The notes below the pieces were generated by a model that worked only from the letters and a program-made list of their open reading frames with translations, was not told the DNA's origin and made no database searches. DNA of 64,000 nt from Spirochaetia bacterium (GTDB lineage Bacteria > Spirochaetota > Spirochaetia > UBA9216): positions 2,336,001 through 2,400,000 of the forward strand of contig OY776510.1 in assembly GCA_963675665.1 (NCBI GenBank), written 5' to 3'. Shown here piece after piece: positions 19,575-28,355 of the stretch (position 1 is the stretch's first letter; every line of letters begins with the position of its first letter). The position numbers and the translations under genes were made by a program.

Positions 19575-20890
19575 ATGTAAGCTGCCAGTGCCCTCAGGGC
19601 AGCATAATGACTTGCCGCGGCAGAGAAGAGATTGTTCTTTATCTGTTCGTATTCCAGCCTGGTTTCTTCAAGTTCCGCGGCCGAATACTCGCCCAGTTCA
19701 TGAAGAAAATCAGCTTCATCAAGCAGCTCTTCAGCCTGTTCAAGTTCAATCACGGCTGCTTCATAGTTAATAGCCGCTGTTTCTGCGGCAGTAACAGCCT
19801 GTTTGAGACTCAGCTGTTCTGCGTTTATAGTCTGAACAGCCTGCCTGCGGCTTATTTCAAGCTCTGCTGCAAGCTCAGCGCGTTCCTCTGCATTCCAGTC
19901 GTCGAGCCCGAAGCTGACAGCTGCTGTGGCGGAGAATGTCGGCTGAAGATTGGACGGCGAGATGGAAAGGTTCCCGCTTATGCTTAGATCCGGCTCAAAA
20001 AGCCAGGTGTTCTTAAGCTGCAGCTCAAGACTTTGGGCAGCTGTTTCGGCGCTGTATACTGCGTAACTGCCGTTTATTGCAAGTTCTGCTGAATTTATTT
20101 CATTCTGCATCGTTTCAATATTATTAAACAGATCAGCCTCGGCAGGCAGTTCCAGATTTACGACCGCGGAGTCAATATTCAGTATGGAATACAGCTCTGC
20201 TTCGGCTGTCTGCAGTTTACTTAAAGCATCATTTGCTGATGTTCTTGATTCGGACCAGGCTGTAAACGCTTCCCTGACATCGTCAAGGGTTGATTCGCCT
20301 TTTTCAAAGCGTACTTTCTCATCCTCATAAAGGATCTGCTTCACATCCGCCGTATCAAGCTTGACATCGTAATCTGAAACTGCAGCAGCCCAGTCAAGAT
20401 AGCCCGCAACAGCGGCATCGGATATCTCCGTGGCCTTGTCTTCGGCGGCCGCCAGTTTTGATTCGTAAGCCAGCCTTGTCTCTTCGGTGCTGCCGGAATG
20501 AGAAAGTGGATTAAGGCTTATACTGAAAGTTCCGGTAAAATCCTCATCAACACTTGCTCCCAGGCTGAGTTGTTCGATTACCGGCAATGAAGCTGATGCC
20601 TGCCATCCGAATCCCGAATCATCTGCAGAAGCTTCTGCAGCATCGGTATTGTCGGTGTTTTTCTGTCCATATGAGCCCGACAGACTGATTGAAGAGCTGT
20701 CGAGTTTAATTATTCCCTCAAGCGCGTGTTCAGCTTTCAATACCTCCAGCACGGCGGATTTGTATTCAAGATTATTAAGCAGGGCTGTTTGTTCTGCCTG
20801 CTCTATTGTATTGATTGTTTCCGCGGATGCCGCAGCGGTAATAATTACCGCCGCGGAAATCACGGACACAAGTATTTTCCATAATTTCAT
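19571..20890 (-). CDS. TolC-family outer-membrane efflux protein
   Basis: Signal peptide, repeated helical OEP pattern (RFEKGESTLDDV, HELGEYSAAEL); last gene of the efflux operon. Confidence 0.8.
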   Translation of the reverse strand: MKLWKILVSVISAAVIITAAASAETINTIEQAEQTALLNNLEYKSAVLEVLKAEHALEGIIKLDSSSISLSGSYGQKNTDNTDAAEASADDSGFGWQASASLPVIEQLSLGASVDEDFTGTFSISLNPLSHSGSTEETRLAYESKLAAAEDKATEISDAAVAGYLDWAAAVSDYDVKLDTADVKQILYEDEKVRFEKGESTLDDVREAFTAWSESRTSANDALSKLQTAEAELYSILNIDSAVVNLELPAEADLFNNIETMQNEINSAELAINGSYAVYSAETAAQSLELQLKNTWLFEPDLSISGNLSISPSNLQPTFSATAAVSFGLDDWNAEERAELAAELEISRRQAVQTINAEQLSLKQAVTAAETAAINYEAAVIELEQAEELLDEADFLHELGEYSAAELEETRLEYEQIKNNLFSAAASHYAALRALAAYI

Positions 20891-20900
20891 TTCGACCTTC

Positions 20901-22208
20901 CTATACTTCGCGGATTGTTTCCGCTATGTTGCCTTTTACTGCTGATATTGCAGGCAGTAGTCCAAGCACTCCGCCGAAACCAAGGGCCATGGCAAGCGCA
21001 GCCGCCAGCGCCGGGATTTTTATACCGGAATCGGCCTGGAACTGGCCGGAAATCTCGCCGAGAAGCGGCGAAAGATTATTCATAACCGGTTTTGCCAGAA
21101 TCAGCGAAAGAACTACTCCGATCAATGCCCCTGCAAGGCTCAGTGTCAAAGACCAGCTCCAGAACTCCTTTACAACAAGCTGTTGTGAAGCCCCGAGGGC
21201 TCTTTCAAGAGCTATTTCACGCCTTCGGCTTAACGACTCGACCACCATAATGCTGAATATTCCGAGTGAGCTTGTAAGCAACAGGACAATGCCGAGAATA
21301 TTGACGGATACGGTAAACATGTCAACTGTATTCCTCAGCTCTTCCATATAGCTTGACTGACCGTTCAGCGAACCTTCCCAGACAAGCACGTCAATATCAT
21401 CTCCGTAATTGGCGGCAAGCGTCTGGTTCAGTGCAGCTGTAGTCTGGGCAGCTGATGCTCCTTCACTTCGAACAATAAACATCCCGGACATAAAGTCGAG
21501 CGTTCTCTGAATATTTCCCCCTGAAGGCGTAAGCGCAGTGTATGGGAAAACCATATCGCCTATCCCGTAGGCTCTGCGGGCGACTTCCGACGGGGTTTCA
21601 TAGACGCCGGCAACTGTGAAATTTGTAATCACATTCTGCTCTCTGCCGCCCGGGCCCCTGTTCATCATCTCTCCGGGAGGCTGGATATATTTCCCTACGG
21701 CGGCTTCAGCTGAACCGTAAAGCAGGACAGCGGTTTCTTCGGAGATCCAGACCTTCTTCTGTCCCATTTCAATATCGTTTTCGGACATGGGTGTGCCTTC
21801 AATAATATCAAGCCCGAAAACTTCAAAGTACTGATAATCTGATCCTACTACGGATCGAAGATCATAACTTGTTGCATCGGTGGTTATGTTCTCAAACGGA
21901 AGCCGGTAAATGATCGCCGCATTTTTTACAGATTCAATATCGCTTACAACAATATCTGTTGCATTGCTGTCCCATTCAGAAGGACGGTTTTGATCTACCA
22001 TGCCGTCGCTGTCCCATTCTCCGTTGGCAACATAAAGGACAACTCCGTTTTTATCCAGCTGTGCGGATATTTCTTCATCAAGTATTCTGCTTGCTGAAAG
22101 CGAAAGGATAAGAATTCCGGTTCCAAGTGCAACAGCAGACAGGGTCAAAATTATCTTCAACGGAGATTTTGACCAATGGCGTAAAAGCATAGTTATAAAT
22201 TTTTTCAT
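20901..22208 (-). CDS. MacB/FtsX-like ABC transporter permease
   Basis: N-terminal TM, periplasmic domain, C-terminal SRRREIALERALGAS FtsX motif. Confidence 0.9.
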   Translation of the reverse strand: MKKFITMLLRHWSKSPLKIILTLSAVALGTGILILSLSASRILDEEISAQLDKNGVVLYVANGEWDSDGMVDQNRPSEWDSNATDIVVSDIESVKNAAIIYRLPFENITTDATSYDLRSVVGSDYQYFEVFGLDIIEGTPMSENDIEMGQKKVWISEETAVLLYGSAEAAVGKYIQPPGEMMNRGPGGREQNVITNFTVAGVYETPSEVARRAYGIGDMVFPYTALTPSGGNIQRTLDFMSGMFIVRSEGASAAQTTAALNQTLAANYGDDIDVLVWEGSLNGQSSYMEELRNTVDMFTVSVNILGIVLLLTSSLGIFSIMVVESLSRRREIALERALGASQQLVVKEFWSWSLTLSLAGALIGVVLSLILAKPVMNNLSPLLGEISGQFQADSGIKIPALAAALAMALGFGGVLGLLPAISAVKGNIAETIREV

Positions 22209-23596
22209 GATGCGCTCCTCATGGCTTGTGCCGGATCAATTTTCATAAACTGCCTGGACGGTATCAGTCCGAACAAAACAGTCATCATTCCGGCCAGTAC
22301 GGCGCCCAATGCTATGTAAAGCCATGAACCTGTTTCAATTCCTGCAGCAGTTTCCATATAGCCGCTTAACGGTACGGCAAGCAGTGCGCCTGCAGCTCCG
22401 CCTGATATTGCAAGAATCAGGGCTTCAGACAGAAAAAGTTTTCTTATACTGTTTTTTGATGCTCCCAGGGCCATCAGAATGCCTACATTCTTTTTCATCC
22501 GAAGTACCCGGCTCATAAGAATGTTTGATACGTTTACAAGCGCAATAAAAAATCCGGCAGCTGAAAGAAACAGAATGAGCGCGCCTATACCGGTGTTCCT
22601 TGAAACAAGTTGCTCTGCTTCGGCGCGGGGATTGGATATTACCACCTGTTCGTCGCCGAACTGCGATGAAAACCAGTCGTTCAGCAGTGTTGCTGTTGAG
22701 TCAAGATCCTCAGGATCCGCAACCGCAAACCGAAGCTGGGTATTCATGAACATCCTTCTGAATCCTTCCATTCCGCCTGTCCGGTCCTTGTATGGAGCAA
22801 AGAACTGCATGTCATAGCTGTCTGAAACAGGGGCAAGTATTCCTATTATTGTCTGATAACCGTCTCTTGCAAGAAGCTTTTTGCCCAGCAGTTCCGAAAC
22901 GTCCATATCATCTCCGGCAATAAGTTCCGCAAGATCCGCGCCGAGGACAATCAGGTTATCGGTGCCCGACAGATCCGATTCGGAGAACAGGCTGCCGGCG
23001 GCGGCTGTTATGTCCCAGGAACTGAAGAACTGGGGTGTAACCTCGTACCCGGAAACCTCATCCAGATCAGACAGAATTATGTTTGAGTCGGCTTCAGCCG
23101 CAGCAAGATCTTCTTCTGAAATCATCTGGAAACCGGGGCCCGGGGCTCCTTCAGGCATTTCCGAATTGTCAGGGGCAGCAGCCCCGTCTTCTGCCGAAGC
23201 GTTCTCAGGCGCCTCCATTCCTTCGGGAGGTCCGAAATTATTTGAATCGGATGATATAAGATGCAGACGGCTGTGGTTCTGTACATACGCCCATTCTACT
23301 CCCGGCGCCAGTTCCGCCGCTTCAAGATCCGAAACGGTCAGAACCGCGGTTTCCTGAATAAGTTTTTCCTTTACCGGCGTCTCCATTTCACTCGATTCGC
23401 TTCTGGTGCTTACGATAAGTTCCTTGTATTCAGGTGATCTCATAATTTCATTGGAGAACTCGACAGTGTTCATTATCAGCGACAATCCTGCCGAGAATGC
23501 ACCGATACCAAGCGCCACCGCAATAATAAGCAGTCCCGACTCGAGCGTACGATTGCGGAACCTGCGCATTATGATTTTAAAGGGTTCGTTAAGCAT
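22205..23596 (-). CDS. MacB/FtsX-like ABC transporter permease
   Basis: GGAGG SD before ATG 23596; NVSNILMSRV...GILMALGAS; DPAQAMR C-terminus. Confidence 0.9.
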   Translation of the reverse strand: MLNEPFKIIMRRFRNRTLESGLLIIAVALGIGAFSAGLSLIMNTVEFSNEIMRSPEYKELIVSTRSESSEMETPVKEKLIQETAVLTVSDLEAAELAPGVEWAYVQNHSRLHLISSDSNNFGPPEGMEAPENASAEDGAAAPDNSEMPEGAPGPGFQMISEEDLAAAEADSNIILSDLDEVSGYEVTPQFFSSWDITAAAGSLFSESDLSGTDNLIVLGADLAELIAGDDMDVSELLGKKLLARDGYQTIIGILAPVSDSYDMQFFAPYKDRTGGMEGFRRMFMNTQLRFAVADPEDLDSTATLLNDWFSSQFGDEQVVISNPRAEAEQLVSRNTGIGALILFLSAAGFFIALVNVSNILMSRVLRMKKNVGILMALGASKNSIRKLFLSEALILAISGGAAGALLAVPLSGYMETAAGIETGSWLYIALGAVLAGMMTVLFGLIPSRQFMKIDPAQAMRSAS

Positions 23597-24281
23597 TCCC
23601 GGCCTCCGCATACGAAGAGCTGCTGTTAAGAATTCCATCGTGAAGTTCGATTACATAACCGGCCCGCTTTCCCTGTTCAGGGTTATGGGTTACCATAACT
23701 ACGGTAACGCCCTTGCGGTTCAACGATTCAAGTATCTCCATAATTTCTTCGCCTTTGTCAGAAGGAAGGTTTCCGGTCGGCTCGTCGGCGAGAATAAGAT
23801 CCGGATCGTTTGAAAGGGAACGGGCAATTGCAACCCTTTGCTGTTCTCCTCCGGAAAGCATGGTTGGAAGATGCGTCAACCGGTGTCCAAGTCCCACTTC
23901 ATGAAGAAGCTGTACGGCTTTTTCCTTTCTTGTTTTGAATGGAAGCCCTGCGTAACTCATCGGCAGCATTACATTTTCTACGGCGGACAGTTCCGGAAAA
24001 AGGTTGAAACTCTGGAATATAAATCCGAAATGTTTATTGCGAATTCTCGCCTGCTCCTTATCCGGCAATGCCGTGATATCATAATCTTCAAGGTAATATT
24101 TTCCGCTGGTGGCACTGTCAAGAATGCCGAGTATATGCATCATGGTTGATTTTCCGGATCCCGACGGTCCCATTATTGCAGCATAATCGCCGCGGTTGAT
24201 TTCAAGTGATATATCTTTGAGAGCGGTTACTGTGGTGCCCCCAAGATCGTATTGTTTGCTGATTTGTTCTAATCTAATCAT
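23589..24281 (-). CDS. ABC transporter ATP-binding protein (MacB/LolD-like)
   Basis: GPSGSGKS, LSGGEQQRVAIAR, LADEPTGNL. Confidence 0.95.
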   Translation of the reverse strand: MIRLEQISKQYDLGGTTVTALKDISLEINRGDYAAIMGPSGSGKSTMMHILGILDSATSGKYYLEDYDITALPDKEQARIRNKHFGFIFQSFNLFPELSAVENVMLPMSYAGLPFKTRKEKAVQLLHEVGLGHRLTHLPTMLSGGEQQRVAIARSLSNDPDLILADEPTGNLPSDKGEEIMEILESLNRKGVTVVMVTHNPEQGKRAGYVIELHDGILNSSSSYAEAGNA

Positions 24282-24293
24282 AATAATCTCCAA

Positions 24294-25589
24294 TTACTTT
24301 AAGACGACAACGTCTTCGTCTATAAAATTCTGATAACTGCTTGTTATTATTTCATCACCGGCAGTCAAACCGCTGAGAACCTCAACAGTGGTTCCTTCAA
24401 TTGATCCGAAAGTAACCTTTGTTTTATACGCTTTTCCGTCTTCAACTTTATAAACCCATTTCTGGCTGCCGGTCGTCAGGTATGAGCCGCGCGGCAGCAT
24501 AATTACGTCTTCTTCCACACCCAGGGTAATACTTGCGACAGCCGACGCCCCGGGGGTCAAAGTCTCTTCAGTAACAGGCTTTGCCCTTACAGTTATCATT
24601 GCAGAAAGTCCGTCTGAATCCATTGATGCAATTTTTCCAATCTTTACAATTTCAGCCTTCATTGTGTCAGACCCGATAGTGACTGTCATTTCACCGCCGA
24701 TTTCAAGCTGATCCACGTACTGCTCATACACATCAAAGTCGATATAGGATTCGGTACGATCGGCTACAATAAAAAGTTCGTCCGCTTTTTCTATCACGCT
24801 GCCCGGAATAGCCAGATCTTCATTTATACTGAGAACTTCGCCTGCAATCGGGCTTTTAACTTTTGTGTCCTCAATATCTTCGTTTATATTCTGAAGGTTT
24901 GTTCGAATCTGGGTTATAGCGGCCTGCTGTTTTCGCAGAGCAATATCTTTCTTTATTTCAGTTTCTTCAAGGCTGATCTGATAGTCTTCTTTCTGTTCAT
25001 AAAGTGTTTCGAGTTCATCAACTGCTGTTTCGTAATCTGTCAGGCGGGAGCTTTTCAGTTCTGAAAGTTCCTTAAGAGCCTGCACGTCTTCTTCCGCTTC
25101 GGTAATATCCTGTTCAAGACGTTTCAGCTGGATATTCAGATCTTTCAGCTGATAATCATAATCAGTATTTACAGATTCAAGCTCAATCAGCGCCTGTTCA
25201 AGACTGACCGTGAGTTCTTCCTGAGTGTCTTCAAGATCAGGCACATCAAGAGTTGCAAGAATATCTTCTGTTGTTATCAGGGTTCCTTCTTCGGTAAGCA
25301 GTTCATCTGCATACCCGTCGGCAGTACTGACGATGGTAACCTGGGCAGGGAGCACTACAGTTCCGCTTGCTTCGGTTGTTGATACAAGTTCGCCTGAATA
25401 TACTTCGGCTGTTGTATACGACTTGATGCTGACCGCTTCCGCCGATGCCTGCATTCTGAAAAAGATGAATGCGGCTGCGCCTATTGCCACAACAGCGGCA
25501 ATAGTAATTATTCTGCCGGCGCGTTTCTTTTTGGAAGCTGCCGGCCGGATGTTTTCAATGTTTATTATTCTTTCCTGTTCTGATCCCAT
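24294..25589 (-). CDS. Efflux periplasmic adaptor subunit (MacA/HlyD-like)
   Basis: N-terminal TM anchor, coiled coil, VKSPIAGEV, VEVLSGLTAGDEII; GAGG SD before ATG 25589. Confidence 0.9.
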   Translation of the reverse strand: MGSEQERIINIENIRPAASKKKRAGRIITIAAVVAIGAAAFIFFRMQASAEAVSIKSYTTAEVYSGELVSTTEASGTVVLPAQVTIVSTADGYADELLTEEGTLITTEDILATLDVPDLEDTQEELTVSLEQALIELESVNTDYDYQLKDLNIQLKRLEQDITEAEEDVQALKELSELKSSRLTDYETAVDELETLYEQKEDYQISLEETEIKKDIALRKQQAAITQIRTNLQNINEDIEDTKVKSPIAGEVLSINEDLAIPGSVIEKADELFIVADRTESYIDFDVYEQYVDQLEIGGEMTVTIGSDTMKAEIVKIGKIASMDSDGLSAMITVRAKPVTEETLTPGASAVASITLGVEEDVIMLPRGSYLTTGSQKWVYKVEDGKAYKTKVTFGSIEGTTVEVLSGLTAGDEIITSSYQNFIDEDVVVLK

Positions 25590-25626
25590 AAAAATCCTCG
25601 ATTCTTTCTTTTGCTTTACGATGACA

Positions 25627-25691
25627 AATATACTTCGACGGACAGACGGTTTGGTTAAGGGAATGTAACTGTTTTGTAAACTATGTAAAAA
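25627..25691 (-). promoter_or_regulatory. Putative OmpR/CpxR-type activator site plus -10 element of the efflux operon (copy B)
   Basis: ttggttaagggaatgtaactgttttgtaaactatgtaaaaa (25651-25691); -10 TATATT at 25632-25627, same offset as copy A. Confidence 0.7.
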
Positions 25692-25751
25692 GCGGAACCG
25701 TGAAAAAGAAGTTTTATAGCGAAAAAGTTGCAGAAAGGTTATTATAGTAGA

Positions 25752-27515
25752 ATGAAACATGAGAGAGTGCTTTCAAGAGCGTTTAACAGTCTTGTAGCGG
25801 TAATAGTTGCCTCAGTCTTGTCAATTGCAATATTTTTTGTGTATAAGACATATGAAAAAAGTGTCGAGACCGATATATTCAGGTATTCGCACAAACTTGA
25901 AGATTCGATAAGACGCATCGCAGCAGCAGAGTACCGAAGATATTTTCTGCTTGTCGATTTTGCAAAAACGGCCGGCACCAAGAACTCCGGAAATTCTATC
26001 GAGAAGATCCTTGAAGAGAAATCAACTATTCTGGGGAAGAACGGAGAGATTCCAAATCTTGTATCAAGTATAGGATATTATGACTCCTCTTCTCCTGAAT
26101 CTGCTTTGGAATATGATTTTGAATACCGTGAATGGTCGGAGCTGGATAATATTTTCAACAATGACGAACCTGATCGCAAGTCCGACTTTTTTTATGTCCG
26201 CTCCGGTTCCGCCCCGGAAAAATTGTACCTTGCGGTTGATAACGGCAGCACAGGCCGGGTGATTTTTTTCAGAGTGGATCCCCAGGGGTTTCTGGATAAT
26301 TATATCAGGGAAGTTGTGGAGAGTTCCAATGAAGAATTCAGGGTTGACTGGCTTAGAGGTTCCGATCCGGAATCACGCAGGATACTGGAAGATTATTTCG
26401 AATATGAATTGCTTCAATATCATTTCCGTCCGATGCAAATCCTTCTGAAAACCGGAAGTCAAAACCAGCCTTTGATAGTCGAAATTCCGATAATGTTCGA
26501 CATCAGACGTGTTTTTGATAACGGAAGTGCAGAACAGAAAGATGTAAATGATTTAAAACCGGGAAAGCCGATGTTTTTTGATTTCAGTTATTTCGTAAGG
26601 ATGATGCATAAAGATGGTTCCTACTATTATGAGATTGAACACGATGCGGCCGTAAGTTTTTTCGAAACAATCATAATCTTCATTACGATTGGAATACTTT
26701 TCATACTGCTGCTGTTCCAGCTTCAGAGGACCAGGCTTTTAAGAAGCAAGGAAAAGGAATTTGTTGCTTCAGTTACGCATGAGCTCAGAACTCCGTTGAC
26801 CGTCATTCGTTCTGCTGCTGATAACCTTTCAAACGGGATTGTGAACAAGGATAAATTGCCGGTTTACGGCGGGCTGATTATTGAGCAGTCGGAACGTCTG
26901 GGAAACATGATCGAAGAAATTCTGCTCTATTCAAATTTTGAGAATAAAAACAGTAATTCCGGAAAACCGGTGAAGTTCGATTTTAAGGAGGTTGTTTCAC
27001 AGTTTAAACCGGCTCTGGATGAGCTGGGTAATGCCGAAGGACTGAAACTTCACTGGGATATAAACGGACTGCCCGGAAAAGCCGAGAGTTTTCCTGATGT
27101 TATTACGCTTACTGTGAATAATCTTGTATCCAACGCTGTTAATCATGCTTATTCTGTTCCCGGCGGTGAAATCCGGATAATTATAAGATATCTGGTTCCG
27201 GGAAGATTGAGCATAACGGTTGAGGACGACGGACGGGGAATTGATCCGCGTGAGCTTAAGCATGTTTTTGAGCCTTTTTACAGAGACTATGTGAGCCGGA
27301 GCCGGCAGGAGAGGGGCAGCGGTCTGGGACTGTTTATTGCGCGGCGCAAAGCTGCTTTATGCGGAGGCAAGCTGACCGTCGAAAGCCCTTACAGAAGAAT
27401 CGACGGGAGCAAACTGTCAGGATGCAGGTTTGTATTGACGCTTCCCTGTACAGAGGCTGACGACTCCGCTAATATAAAACAAAAAACCTTAAAGGAGCCT
27501 GAAAATGGCCGCTGA
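25752..27515 (+). CDS. Sensor histidine kinase (2 TM, periplasmic sensor, HisKA and HATPase)
   Basis: FVASVTHELRTPL H-box, NLVSNA, VEDDGRGI, GSGLGL. Confidence 0.95.
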   Translation: MKHERVLSRAFNSLVAVIVASVLSIAIFFVYKTYEKSVETDIFRYSHKLEDSIRRIAAAEYRRYFLLVDFAKTAGTKNSGNSIEKILEEKSTILGKNGEIPNLVSSIGYYDSSSPESALEYDFEYREWSELDNIFNNDEPDRKSDFFYVRSGSAPEKLYLAVDNGSTGRVIFFRVDPQGFLDNYIREVVESSNEEFRVDWLRGSDPESRRILEDYFEYELLQYHFRPMQILLKTGSQNQPLIVEIPIMFDIRRVFDNGSAEQKDVNDLKPGKPMFFDFSYFVRMMHKDGSYYYEIEHDAAVSFFETIIIFITIGILFILLLFQLQRTRLLRSKEKEFVASVTHELRTPLTVIRSAADNLSNGIVNKDKLPVYGGLIIEQSERLGNMIEEILLYSNFENKNSNSGKPVKFDFKEVVSQFKPALDELGNAEGLKLHWDINGLPGKAESFPDVITLTVNNLVSNAVNHAYSVPGGEIRIIIRYLVPGRLSITVEDDGRGIDPRELKHVFEPFYRDYVSRSRQERGSGLGLFIARRKAALCGGKLTVESPYRRIDGSKLSGCRFVLTLPCTEADDSANIKQKTLKEPENGR

Positions 27516-28245
27516 AAAGAAACGAATACTGATAATTGAAGATGAACCCGGAGTTCAGATTACACTTGAGGACAGATTATCATCCGAAGGATACGAAGTT
27601 TCTGTCTGCGGCGACGGTATTGAAGGCGAAAAAGAAGCAAAAGCCGGCCGCCATGATCTGATACTGCTTGATGTGATGTTGCCGGGAAAGGACGGTTTTA
27701 CAATTTGCCAGGATCTTCGGAAGGCCGGGGAGGAAACTCCGATACTGATGCTGACCGCCCGCGATACCAGCATAGATACAATAATGGGGCTTCGTGTGGG
27801 TGCCGACGATTATCTGGCAAAACCGTTCGACATGCAGGTACTGCTGGCGCGGATTGAAGCGTTGTTGAGGAGAGCGGGCCGGCCCAATCCTGCAGCAACG
27901 CCGGAAAGCGGCTCTGTACGGGAAGGTTCTGGCGGGGACAATGATATCATCATTTTCGGCGGGTTTACTCTTGACCGCGGGAAGGGCCTTTTGGAGAACG
28001 ACGGGGCTGCTGTTGAACTGAATGCCCAGGAATATAAACTTCTTGAGTATCTTGCTGTCCACAGCGGGCGGATAATAAGCCGGAACGCCATTCTTGATGA
28101 TGTCTGGGGATATGAGAGTGAGGTAACGACCCGAACGGTAGATGTCCATGTCGCAAAACTCAGGCAGCGGTTGGGCGAATCGGAACGGCCTAAACATATT
28201 CAGACTTACAGAGGCAGGGGATATAAATTTGTTCTGAATGCGTGA
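27505..28245 (+). CDS. OmpR-family response regulator
   Basis: IIEDE, LLDVMLPGKDG, GADDYLAKPF, winged helix RTVDVHVAKLRQRL...TYRGRGYKF. Confidence 0.96.
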   Translation: MAAEKKRILIIEDEPGVQITLEDRLSSEGYEVSVCGDGIEGEKEAKAGRHDLILLDVMLPGKDGFTICQDLRKAGEETPILMLTARDTSIDTIMGLRVGADDYLAKPFDMQVLLARIEALLRRAGRPNPAATPESGSVREGSGGDNDIIIFGGFTLDRGKGLLENDGAAVELNAQEYKLLEYLAVHSGRIISRNAILDDVWGYESEVTTRTVDVHVAKLRQRLGESERPKHIQTYRGRGYKFVLNA

Positions 28246-28355
28246 GCAACCTGTAATAGAATTTGATATATTAAAAAACCCTAATGTTGATTTCCAGTTT
28301 TCATTTCGTATAATTAAAATATCCATATATTCACATTTATGGTAGGAGGATATCA

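Noticed and set aside
25590-25760. Long N-terminal extension of the efflux adaptor ORF
   Set aside because: Covers the divergent promoter region; ATG 25589 has an SD and is followed by the TM anchor.
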